The notes under the pieces: generated by a model
The model's database searches: none
What the model was told of the DNA's origin: nothing
Seen by the model: only the letters and a program-made list of their open reading frames with translations
In this document: piece after piece, positions 52,050-63,795 of the stretch
Position numbering within the stretch: position 1 is the first letter of the stretch
Layout of the letters: each line of letters opens with the position of its first letter
NCBI RefSeq assembly: GCF_044704955.1
Contig: NC_091999.1
Span: 64,604,001 to 64,668,000, forward strand
Direction of reading: 5' to 3'
From: Pristiophorus japonicus
Taxonomy: Eukaryota
Length of the DNA: 64,000 nucleotides
Made by a program: the position numbers and the translations under genes

Positions 52050-53580
52050 CTCCAAGAGAATAACGTGACAACATTGACACCAAGCCACATCAGGAGATAT
52101 TAGGACAGGTGTCCAAAAGTTTGGTCCAAAAGGTCGGTTTTAAGCAGTGTCTTACAGAAGAGAGAGGTTGAACAGTGGAGACGTTTAGGGGGGAATTCCA
52201 TAAATTGGGACCTCGGCAGCTCAAGGCACGGCCAGCATAGGTGGGCCATGGCAATCGGGGATGAATAGGAGGCCAGCTTTGGAGGAATGCAGAAATCGCT
52301 GAGGATAGTAGGACTACAAACGGTTAGAGCGGCAGGGCGTGTAGAGGCCTCGGAGGGATTCGAAATCAATATAAGATATTTCAAATTGAGACGTTGCCTG
52401 ACCGGGAACCAATGTAGGTCAGCGATCACAGAGTTGATGGGTGAACACGGCTTGGTGCGAGGTAAGATATCGGGCCGAGTTTTTCCTAATCTCAGGTTAA
52501 TGGAGGGTAGAAGTTAGGAGGCCAGCCTGTAGAATATCAAATCTCGAGGTAACCAAGGGATGGCTGTGTGTGGTCATGGTGAAGGAGAGGATTTGGATTC
52601 GGAATCTCAGTTCAGGGCCAGTTATGTTGCCGGGGCTGCAAACTGTTTGGTTCAAGCTGACACAATGGAGTCGCTGGATAGGAAACGGAATTTGTGGTGA
52701 GGTCCGAAGACAATGGAATTGGTCTTCCCTTTATTTAATTAGAGGAAATTTCTGCTCATCCAATAAAAGTTAGCGGACATACTGCCTCACAAATCGGAGG
52801 TAGTGGAGGGGTTCAGAGTACATGTGGAATCCGATGTCATTTCAAGTCACGGGGTGGGGGGGGGTGCGCATGTTCGTGTTCAATTTTTATGTTGAATGTG
52901 CAAGGTGCAGCCCCTCTTCCAATATTTGAAGGGGCTGCTCCTCAAATTCTAGTTGCACTTCAGTCCCACATTCCTGATCTTTGGGCACCTTGTGCGGAGG
53001 GGAGCGGGCAGGTCGGAAGGCCTCCTCGTAGGACTGCTCCTGGGAATGGCCAAGGTAGCCATTAGTCGGTGCAGGCAGCGGGCGGTCGAGGGGGTCGTTC
53101 AGCCCGAATGCCTGCCTCTCTTCCGCGGCTACATCCGAGCCATGGTGTCCCTGGAGATGGAGAACACGGTGTCCAACGGTACGATCGTGGCCTTCTGCGA
53201 GAGGTGGGCGCCGGAGGGACTGGAGTGCATCATCACCACCGGCAACCAAATTCTAATTTGTTCATTAAAGTTTGAAGTTTAATTTGTTTGATTTGCTGGT
53301 TTTAATGGCTCCGTTAATAAGGGGCACTTGATTTATAGATTCACAAAACTAATTATGGAGCTGATCCAGGCACTTGATTTAAAATCTCCACTGAAATAGT
53401 TGTAGGAGGAAAAGAAGAGGACACCAAGGACAGATCCCTGGGGTTACCGGTAATGGTGAGGGAGCCAGAAGAAACATCACTGCAGGAGAGTCTCTGGGTA
53501 TCACTGGAGCAGTAAGCTTGAAACCAGGCAATCGCCAGTCTTGGTGAACAATTCTCCCTCGAAAGGGTGCGTGGATGTGT
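52050..53580 (-). mobile_element. Degenerate L2 LINE, interrupted by a Tx1-like fragment
   Basis: ADLHWFPVRQR (L2 LHWLPV motif) at 52100-52429; a PQGSVLG-like motif near 53420-53445. Confidence 0.65.
52850..53345 (+). mobile_element. Tx1/L1-clade LINE 3' end
   Basis: HFSPTFLIFGH...LLLGMAKVAI...FCERWAP resembles the C-terminus of Tx1-like ORF2. Confidence 0.7.
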
Positions 53581-54143
53581 GTTCATAATTCCATTCTACA
53601 AATGTAGAGCTCATTGGCCAATTTTACATCACAGGAGCTCCGGAAGCTTCCAAGGTGAGGCCCAGTGTAAGTTTATTCTCAGCACCCATAATATCTCTGA
53701 ACGTGGGGGATTGGGAATGTGCTGCACAGGTGCAATATTAAACAATGGACACCACATGTATCTGGATCAATTTGTAAGTCCTCATCACCAAGATAATGCG
53801 AAAGCAAACCAAGATTCTGGAAGTCAGAGGATTTTCATTTTGCATTTATTACAATTAGCGGCGCCACATACAGACTAAAGCGCAATTTCATATTTATCCA
53901 ATAACATCACTGAACACTTTAACGGATCTTCAGAAATATTGCAATTTTTATAAAACAGTACTAAGATACCATTGTTTATCAGATTCCAACCATAATTATC
54001 CCGTATTGACTGATATAGTCTCAGATATTAGCGAAATCTCCCAGCAATAGTTTTCTGATCTGGAGGATGACAGTGATGGAGGGTAAATGTGAGATTCGTT
54101 CACTCAGAAGCTCAAATATTGATGAACAACACAGCAGCAACAC

Positions 54144-54149
54144 TTTAAT
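54144..54149 (-). promoter_or_regulatory. Poly(A) signal (ATTAAA) of the secretory Ig mRNA
   Basis: About 28 nt after the stop codon, followed by a GT-rich tract (gtgttgctgctgtgttgttc). Confidence 0.65.
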
Positions 54150-54176
54150 AGGAAACAGGTACTCAACCACCGAGTG

Positions 54177-54559
54177 TTAGGTACACGATGTAAAACTGTC
54201 GGTTAGAACAAGTGAAATGTTAACTAAATTAGGTTTTCCGTGAGATTTATCGATGCTTCTGATTAAATTCATTTTGAGGGACGGGTGTCCCACTAAGCAG
54301 GTGTAAGTGTCGCCGCTGTTCCACTGCGCCGAGGTCAGCCTCAGCCTGCTGCCAATGGAGCTGGAACCGGTTTTATTATCCGTGTCCAGTTGGCTCGGTG
54401 AAGCTGAATCCAACAGGGTGTCATTGACAATCCAAGCAATGTAAATCTCAGCAGGGTAAAAGCCGCTGGCCAGGCACACCAGTGTGGCCGTCTTCTCAGT
54501 GTCAATCTCGTCTGGTGATGGAGGCAGTACATAAATTTTAGGACGGTGCATTTCACCAA
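54177..54559 (-). CDS. Ig heavy chain terminal constant exon plus secretory tailpiece (IgNAR C5, or the homologous last IgW domain)
   Basis: C1-set signature TATLVC-ASGFYP-EIYIAW...WNSGDTYTCLVGHPSL; tailpiece GKPNLVNISLVLTDSFTSCT with an N-glycosylation site and penultimate Cys; acceptor ctctttgcag, phase 1; very similar to recalled shark IgNAR C5. Confidence 0.95.
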
Positions 54560-54666
54560 CTGCAAAGAGAGCAATATTTGTTAAACTGTGCCTGTCTCTT
54601 GTTCGGTCTTTTCTTCCAGTTCCCTTCTTTAATGAAATTCTGCATTTGGGCATTTGGAATCGTGTC

Positions 54667-56825
54667 ATAGAAACATAGAAAATAGGTGCAGGAGTAGGCC
54701 ATTCGGCCCTTCGAGCCTGCACCGCCATTCAATGAGTTCATGGCTGAACACGCAATTTCAGTACCCCATTCCTGCTTTCTCGCCATACCCATTGATTCCC
54801 CCTAGTAAGTAGTAAGGACTACATCTAACTCCTTTTTGAATATATTTAGTGAATTGGCCTCAACAACCTTCTGTGGTAGAGAATTCCACAGGTTTACCAC
54901 TCTCTGGCTGAAGAAGTTGCTCCTCATCTCGGTCCTAAATGGCTCACCCCTTATCCTTCGAATGTGACCCCTGGTTCTGGACTTCCCCAACATTGGGAAC
55001 ATTCTTCCTGCATCTAACCTGTCTAAACCCATCAGAATTTTAAACGTTTCTATGAGATACCCTCTCATTCTTCTGAACTCCAGTGAATACAAGCCCAGTT
55101 GATCCAATCTTTCTTGATATGTCAGTCCCGCCATCCCGGGAATCAGTCCGGTGAACCTTCGCTGCACTCCTTCAATAGCAAGAAAGCCTTCCTCAAGTTA
55201 AGAGACCAAAACTGTGCACAATACTCCAGGTGTGGCCTCACCAAGGCCCTGTACAACTGTAGTAACACCTCCCTGCCCCTGTACTCAAATCCCCTCGCTA
55301 TGAAGGCCAACATGCCATTTGCTTTCTTAACCGCCTGCTGTACCTGCATGCCAACCTTCAATGACTGATGTACCATGACACCCAGGTCTCGTTGCACCTC
55401 CCCTTTTCCTAATCTGTCACCATTCAGATATTTGTCTGTCTCTCTGTTTTTACCACCAAAGTGGATAACCTCACATTTATCCACATTATACTTCATCTGC
55501 CATGCATTTGCCGACTCACCTAACCTATCCAAGTCACTCTGCAGCCTCATAGCATCCTCCTCGCAGCTCACACTGCCACTCCATCCGTAAATGTGGAGAT
55601 ACGACATTTAATCCCCTCGTCTAAATCATTAATCTCCAATGTAAACAGCTGGGACCCCAGCACAGAACCTTGCGGCAACCCACTAGTCACTGCCTGCCAT
55701 TCTGAAAAGTACCCATTTACTCCTACTCTTTGCTTCCTGTCTGCCAACCAGTTCTCAATCCACTTCAGCACACTACCCCCAATCCCATGTGCTTTAACTT
55801 TGCACATTAATCTCTTGTGTGGGACCTGGTCGAATGCCTTCTGAAAGTCCAAATACACCACATCAACTTGTCCACTCTACTGGAAACATCCTCAAAAAAT
55901 TCCAGAAGATTTGTCAAGCATGATTTCCCTTTCACAAATCCATGCTGACTTGGACCTATCATGTCACCTCTTTCCAAATGCGCTGTGATGACCTCCTTAA
56001 TAATTGATTGCATCATTTTACCCACGACTGATGTCAGGCTGACTGGTCTATAATTCCCTGTTTTCTCTCTCCATCCTTTTTTAAAAAATGGGGTTCCATT
56101 GGCTACCCTCCACTCCATAGGAACTGATCAAGAGTCTATGGAATGTTGGAAAATGACTGTCAATGCATCCGCTATTTCCAAGACCACCTCCTTAAGTACT
56201 CTGTGATGCAGTCCATCAGGTCCTGGGGATTTATCGTTCTTCAATCCCACTAATTTCCCCAAAACAATTTCCCGACTAATAAGGATTTCCCTCAGTTCCA
56301 CCTTCTTACTGGACCCTCTGACACCTTTTATATCCGAAAGGTTGTTTGTGTCCTCCTTAGTGTACACCGAACCCAAGTACTTGTTCAATTGGTCTGCCAT
56401 TTCTTTGTTCCCCTTTATGACTTCCCCTGATTCTGACTGCAGGGGACCTACGTTTGTCTTTACTAAACTTTTTCTCTACACATATCTATAGAAACTTTTG
56501 CAATCCGTCTTAATGTTCCCTGCAAGCTTCCTTTCGTACTGTATTTTCCCTGCCCTAATAAAAGCCTTTGTCCTCCTCTGTTGAGTTCTAAATTTCTCCC
56601 AGTCCCCGGGTTCGCTGCTATTTCTGGCCAATTTGTATGCCACTTCCTTGGCTTTAATACTATCCCTGATTTCCCTTGATATCCACGGTTGAGCCACCTT
56701 CCCTTTTTGATTTTTACGCCAGACAGGGATGTACAATTGTAGTAGTTCATCCATGCGGTCTGTAAATGTCTGCCATTGCCCATCCACAGTCAACCGCTTA
56801 AGTATCATTCGCCAATCTATCCTAT
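54667..56825 (-). mobile_element. Young CR1, same subfamily as 10152-12554
   Basis: Translated segments are nearly the same as those of the 10-kb copy (e.g. KEVAYKLARNSSEPGDWEKFRTQQRR). Confidence 0.96.
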
Positions 56826-57039
56826 CCTATCCTATCTGTGAGAGTTTAGACATTTCTCTGGCTGGTCAGGGGTGTCTTTAATGGTCTTTATTTTTGGTGG
56901 TTTTTATTGTGGTCTGATGTTAATGTACAAAGAGTTGGAAACAGTCACATATTTAGAAAGAACGGACACTGTTGGTCCGCAACAGTATCAAACCGTTTAT
57001 ATTTTTCATGCTCGTCTTTGCCGGAGTGGCGTCTGAACA

Positions 57040-59500
57040 GAAGAACACAAGAAGTAGGAGCAGGAGTAGGCCATGCGGCCCCTCGAGCCTGCTCCACCAT
57101 TTAATAAGCTCATGGCTGATCTGATCATGGACTCAGCTCCACTTCCTTGCCCGCTCCCTTATCCCCTTATCGTTTAAGCAACTGTCTCTTTCTGACTTAA
57201 ATTTATTCGATGTCCCAGCTTCCACAGCTCTCTGAGGCAGCGAGCTCCACAGATTTACAACCCTCTGAGCGAAGAAATTTCTCCTCATCTCCATTTTAAA
57301 TGGGCGTTACATTTTCAAAGAACTCCAGCAAATTTGTCAAACATGACTTCCCCTTCCTAAACCCCGACTGACACTGCCTGACCGAATTTTGCTTTTCCAA
57401 ATGTCCTGCTACTGCTTCTTTAATAATGGATTCCCACATTTTCCCAATGACAGATGTTAGGCTAACTGGTCTATAGTTTCCTGCTTTTTGTCAGCCTTTT
57501 ATTTTAAATAGGGGCGTTACATTTGCAGTTTTCCAATCTGCTGGGATATCCCCAGAATCCAGGGAATTTTGGTGAATTACAACCAATGCATCCACTATCC
57601 CTACCGTTACTTCTCTAAGACCATGGGATGCAAGCCATCAGGTCCAGGGGATTTATCCGCCTTTAGTCCCATTATCTTACTGAGTACCACCTCCTTAGTG
57701 AATGTGATTATGTTAAGTTCCTCCCCCCCATCGCCCCTAGACTATCCACTGTCGGAATATTGATAGTGCCCTCTACTGTAAAGACTGATACAAAATATCT
57801 GTTCAGAGTTTATGCCATCTCCATGTTCCCCATCACTAATTCCCCGGTGTCGTCGTCTAAGGGACCAACATTTACTTTAGCCACTCTTTTTCTTTTATAT
57901 ATCTGTAGAAACTCTTGCTATCTGTTTTTATATTTTGTGCTAGTTTACTTTCATAGTCTATCTTCCCTTTCTTAATCATTTTTTTAGTCTTGCTTTGCTG
58001 GCTTTTAAAAGCTTCCCAATCTTCTGTCCACTTTGTATGACCTTGTTTTTAATTGAATACCGTCCTTTATTTCTTTAGTTAGCCACGGATGGCTATCTTT
58101 TCTCTTACACCCTTTTCTCCTCACTGGAATACAGTTTTCTTGAGAGTTGCGAGATATCTCCTTAAACGTACACCACTGTTCATCAACCATCCTACACTTT
58201 AATCCATTTTCCCAGTCCACTTTTCCCAACTCTGCTCTCATACCTTCATAGTCTCCTTTATTTAAGCTTAGTTCGCTGGTTAGAGATCCAACTTTCTCAC
58301 CCTCCATCTGAATTTGAAATTCAATCATGCTATGATCACTAATTCCAAGGGAATCCTTTACTAGGAGATGTTTATTATTCCTGTCTCATTTCACAGGACC
58401 AGATCTAAGATAGCCTGCCACCTGGTTGGTTCCATTACATACTGCTCAACGAACTCGTCCCTTGTGTACTCTATGAACTCTTCCTCAAGAAGACTACCCT
58501 GACCAATTTGATTTCTCCAATCAATATGGAGGTTAAAATCACCCATGATTATTGCTGTTCCCATTTCACAAGCCCCCACTATTTCCTGATTTATATTCCG
58601 ACTATCAGAGTTGCTATTGTTAGGGGGCTTATAGACTACGCCCACCAGTGACTTTTTCCACTTATTATTCCTTATCTCCACCCAAACTATTTCAACATCC
58701 TGATCATTTGAGCCAAAATCGTTTCTCACTATTGCAGTGATTCCATCCTTTATCAATAGAGCTATTACACCTCCTTTTCCATTCTGTCTGTCCTTCCGGA
58801 TTGTCAAATATCCCTGAATATTTAGTTCCCAGTCCTGCTTACCTTGCAACCACGTCTCTGTAATGCCTATCAGATCATACCTATTTGTATCTATTTGTGC
58901 TGTCAACTTATCTATTTTGTTACGAATGCTATGTGCATTTAGACAAAGCACCTTTTAGTTTATTTTTTTACCCTTTTTTCCTGCTTGTTTCCTCGCTTCT
59001 TCAAACTCACTTTCTTTAATTTTGCTTTCTAATTCCAGCTTTTCTCCCCTCCCTACTGAATATATTTTCAGGTTCCCCTTCCCCTGCCAAGCTCGTTTAA
59101 ACTCTCCCCAACAACACTAGCAACCCCCCTTGCCGCCCCCCCCCTCACCTCTGCCAGTATATTGGTCTCGGTTCTGTTGAGGTGCAACCCGTCCGGCTTG
59201 AACCAGTCCCACCTCCACCAGGTGCGATCCCAATGCCTCAGGTAACTAAAGCCCTTCCTCCTGCACCATCTCTCCAGCCACGTATTCATCTGCTCTATCC
59301 TTCTATTTCTGTACTCACTAGCTCGTGGCATCCGGAGTAATCCGGAGATTACTACCTTCGAGGTCCTGCTTTTTAATCTTTCTCCTAGTTCCCTAAACTC
59401 TGCCTGCAGGACCTCATCCCTCTTTCTCCCTATGTCATTGGTCCCGATGTGGACCACGACCTCTGGCTGTTCACTCTCTCCCCCAGAATGGCAGGATCCC
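57040..59500 (-). mobile_element. CR1 with ORF1 esterase and endonuclease, internally deleted in RT (junction about 57305)
   Basis: VVVHIGTNDIGR...DGLHLN (SGNH); GITETWL and IMGDFN. The 3' end is joined directly to the early RT region. Confidence 0.9.
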
Positions 59501-59602
59501 AGACTTTCTTTCACTGACTGTACATTTAATATAGATATCAGATGATTGGTATGGAGCATTGATCATCGGATCAGTGCCTGAACAAGTATTGTCTGTGCTT
59601 AC

Positions 59603-59923
59603 CCTTTGCTTTTCTGGTCGAGATATTCAATGGTGTTTGCAATTCATTGTCCTGTACGAAGCACAGATATTCAACCCCACGGTCCCACTCTGCCGCGGCA
59701 ACTTTCAGTGTACTAACGATGGTGAATTTACTTCCTCTCCGCTCAGGAGTTTGAGTCTCTACTCCTTCCGTTCTCCGACTGTCACCCACTTTCCAGGACA
59801 CAGTGACGTTTTCTAAATCACTGTAAACCACTTCACAGGAAATGGTCGCTGTCTGCTGGGTCCAAATCTCTTCAAAGAGAGGGTTCAGTATCTTTGCAGA
59901 AATGTCTGCCTTTTTACAATGAT
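59603..59923 (-). CDS. Ig heavy chain penultimate constant exon (IgNAR C4, or IgW equivalent)
   Basis: DHCKKADISAKILNPLFEEIWTQQTATISCEVVYSDLENVTVSW...EWDRGVEYLC...STRKAK; 321 nt open; acceptor cattttccag, donor gtaagc, phase 1 to 1; joins in frame to 54559. Confidence 0.95.
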
Positions 59924-60769
59924 CTGGAAAATGAGAGAACTTTTATATCAAACTGTCCTGTTGAAAACACAGGAAACAACAAAAGCAGCAGACTCAAATT
60001 GATGTGGATAAATCCACTTAGTGTCGTGTTATGGAATTTATTAGGTTATTTATGCTGAGCTAATAAGATGGTTTGCTCTTCTGGTCGATTTGCTTTTATC
60101 CTTCTGCCTGTTTTGAATGATGCCCTCAATAATATTCCTGAGCATTTATTGCACAGGTCGAGAGATGCCCTGCCGAGGATTTAATGGAGGCTGATTGTCC
60201 CCGGACTGGTGATGCAAACTGTCACCCATCAGACTGCCTGATGCTGAAGGGCAAACGCCGACATGTGGCCTGTACGTGGCGAGTTCCAACACAGATCATA
60301 TAAAGTGACTACAAATCCTCTCTATTCGGGTCCTTATGTTTGGGTCTGAAATGAGCTTGTCGAAGCCCGGCCAATGATTGGATACGTGCACTCAGCACCA
60401 GCACCAATCTGTACAGGTTCTGCATCATTTGACACCACTTTCGCTGTCTCACTTAGAGAGTGGAATGTGTTTAGAAAAACATTGCAACTGCCACTCAGGT
60501 CTAGAAAGAAGGCTGTTAGACGGTTGTGATTAAAGTTGAAAGTGAATATATACTTACCTACTGGGATCCCTGATTCAGTCATGTTAAGTCACCATCCCTC
60601 CATAGCATGAGCGGGCAGGGTGCATGTTTATATTCGTTTCAGGGATATGGAGGTCGCAGGCAAGGTCACTGCTGGTCTATGGTAAGGGCACGTGAGGTCA
60701 TTCTGCGAACAAGATATGACTAAGCTGCGATACCTTGCGATACAAGAGCCTGTTGATAGTACTGTGTAA

Positions 60770-61840
60770 ACATAGACACATAGAAAATAGGTGCAGATGT
60801 AGGCCATTCGGCCCTTCGAGCCTGCACCACCATGGCTGATCATGCAACTGCAGTACACCCTTTCCTGCTTTCTCTCCATAACCCTTCATCCCTTCAGCCG
60901 TAGGGCCCACATCTAACTCCCTTTTGAATATATCTGACGAACTGCCATCAACAACTTTCTGTGGTGGAGAATTCCACAGGGGCACAATTCTCTGAGTGAA
61001 GAAGTTTCTCCTCATCTCGGTCCTAATGGCTAACCCCTTATTCTTCGACTGTGACCCCTGGTTCTGGACTTCTACAACATTCTTCTGCATTTAACCTGTC
61101 CAATCCTGTCAGAATTCTATATGTTTCTTTGAGATCCCCTCTCATTCTTCTGAATTCCAGTGAATATAAGCCTAGTCGATCCAGTCTTTCATCATATGTC
61201 AGTCCTGCCATCTCGAGAGTCAGTCTGCTGAACCTTCGCTGCACTCCCTCAATAGCAAAATGTCCTTCCTCAGATTAGGAGACCAAAACTGAACACAATA
61301 TTCCAGGTGAGGCCTCACCAAGGCCCACTACAACTGCAGTAAGACCTCCCTGTTCCTATAGTCAAATCCTCTCGCTATGAAGACCAACATGCCATTTGCC
61401 TTCTTCACCGCCTACTGTACCTGCATGCCAACTTTCAATGACTGATGTACCATGACAGCCAGGTCTCGTTGCACCTCCCCTTTTCCTAATCTGCCGCCAT
61501 TCAAATAATATTCCGCCTTCCTGTTTATGCCACACAAAGGGAATTACCTCACATTTATCCACATTATACTGCACCTGCCAGGCATTTGCCCACTCATGTA
61601 ACCTGTGCAAGTCATCCTGCAGCCTCTTAGCATCCTGCTCACAGCTCACACCGCCACCCAGCTAAGTGTTTATCTGTAAACTTGGAGATATTACATTCAA
61701 TTCCTTTCTCTAAATCATTAATGTATATTGTAAATAGCTGGGGTCCCAGCACTGAGCCCTGCGGCACCCCACTAGTCACTGCCTGCCATTCTGAAAAAGA
61801 CCTAGTTATTCCGACTCTCTGCTTCCTGTTTGCCAACCAA
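60770..61840 (-). mobile_element. 5'-truncated CR1
   Basis: [11 protein letters not shown] and LYSLEFRRMRGDL motifs; tail at about 60770. Confidence 0.93.
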
Positions 61841-62084
61841 CAGTGTATGCGGACTCACAGATAATAATCATTGACTGGGGAGCTGGAGGGCGACCAACAG
61901 ATCTCAAACAACAGCAAGGACAGGAGACGATATAATAGGGCATACACTGCTATTAGTCAGTCACAATCCCTGAATACTTGAGCTCCTCTGGTTGCTAAGC
62001 ACGTCTTCCATAAAAGCGACTCTTGGATGCCATCTTTTTCTGTGTTTATTTGAGTTTCCAGCATCTGCAGTATTTTGATTTCGC

Positions 62085-63795
62085 ATTTATTGCCCATCCC
62101 TAATTGCCCCTGTGAAGGAAGTGCTGACCCGTCTCCTTGAACCGCAGCAGTTCTTGTGGTAAACGCATTCCCACAACGCTGTTAGAGAGAGAAGTTCTGG
62201 TAATTTTACCGAACGACGCTGAAGGAACGGCAATATATTTCCAATTCAGAATAGAAACATAGAAAATAGGTGCAGGAGAAGGACATTCGGCCCTTCGAGC
62301 CTGCACCGCCATTCAATGAGTTCATGGCTGAACATGCAACTTCAGTACTCCATTCCTGCTTTCTCGCCATACCCCTTGATCCCCCGAGTAGTAAGGACTA
62401 CATCTAACTCCTTTTTGAATATATTTAGTGAATTGGCCTAAACAACTTTCTGTTGTAGAGAAAGCCACAGGTTCACCACTCTCTGGGTGAAGAAGGTTCT
62501 CCTCTACTCGATCCTAAATGGCTTACCCCTTATCCTTAGACTGTGACCCCTGGTTCTGGACGTGCCCAACATTGGGAACATTCTTCCTGCATCTAACCTG
62601 TCTCAACCCATCATAATTTTAAACGTTTCTATGAGGTCCCCTCTCATTCTTCTGAAATCCAGTGAATACAAGCCCAGTTGATCCAGTCTTTCTTGATATG
62701 TCAGTCCCGTCATCCCGGGAATCAGTCCGGTGAACCTTCGCTGCACTCCCTCAATAGCAAGAATGCATTCTTCATGTTAGGAGATCAAAACTATGCACAC
62801 TACTCCAGGTGTGGCCTCACCAAGGCCCTTTTCAACTGTAGTAACACCTCCCTGATCCTGTACTCAAATCCCCTCGCTATGAAGGCCAACATGCCATTTG
62901 CTTTCTTAACCGCCTGCTGTACCTGCATGCCAACCTTCAATGACTGATGTACCATGACACCCAGGTCTCGTTGCACCTCCCCTTTTCCTAATCTGTCACC
63001 ATTCAGATAATAATATGTCTCTCTGTTTTTACCACCAAAGTGGATAACCTCACATTTATCCATGCATTTGCCCACTCACCTAACCTATCCAAGTTACTCT
63101 CCAGCCTCATAGCATCCTCCTCGCAGCTCACACTGCCACCCAACTTAGTGTCATCCGCAAATTTGGAGATAATACTTTTAATCCCCTCGTCCAAATCATT
63201 AATGTACAATGTAAACAGCTGGGGCCCTGGCACAGAACCCCGCGGTACCCCATTAGTCACTGCCTGCTTACTCCTACTCTTTGCTTCCTGTCTGCCAACC
63301 AGTTCTCAATCCACGTCAGCACACTACCTCCAATACCATGTGCTTTAACTTTGCACATTAATCTCTTGTGTGGGCCCTTGTCGAAAGCCTTCTGAAAGTC
63401 CAAATACACCATATCAACTGGTTCTCCCTTGTCCACTCTACTGGAAACATCCTCAAAAAATTCCAGAAGATTTGTCAGGCATGATTTCCCTTTCACAAAT
63501 CCATGTTGACTTGGACCTATCATGTCACCTCTTTTCAAATGCGCTGCTATGACATCCTTAATAATTGATTCCATCATTTTATCAACTACCAATGTCAGGC
63601 TGACCGGTCTATATGGTCTGCAATTTGTAGGGGCACTTGCAGTGTTCCCATGCGCCTGCTGCCCTTGTCATTCTCGGCGTTGAAAGTCTCCGGTTTAGGA
63701 AGTGGTACCAAATAAGTCTTGGCGAGTTACTGCAGTGCATCTTGTGGAATGTACACACTGCAGCCACAGTACGCTGGTGCTGGAGGGAGTGAGTG
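62085..63795 (-). mobile_element. LINE 3' fragment (family of 6470-6695) split by a young CR1
   Basis: Arms at 62085-62250 and 63615-63795 together reproduce the order seen in the 6470 copy. Confidence 0.75.
62251..63612 (-). mobile_element. Young 5'-truncated CR1, same subfamily as 54667 and 10152
   Basis: QHGFVKGKSCLTNL and KFADDTKLGG motifs; atagaaacatagaa tail. Confidence 0.96.

Noticed and set aside
54560-54728. N-terminal 56 aa of the 183-aa ORF as part of the Ig protein
   Set aside because: This is intron and CR1 tail sequence upstream of the true acceptor at 54560-54561.
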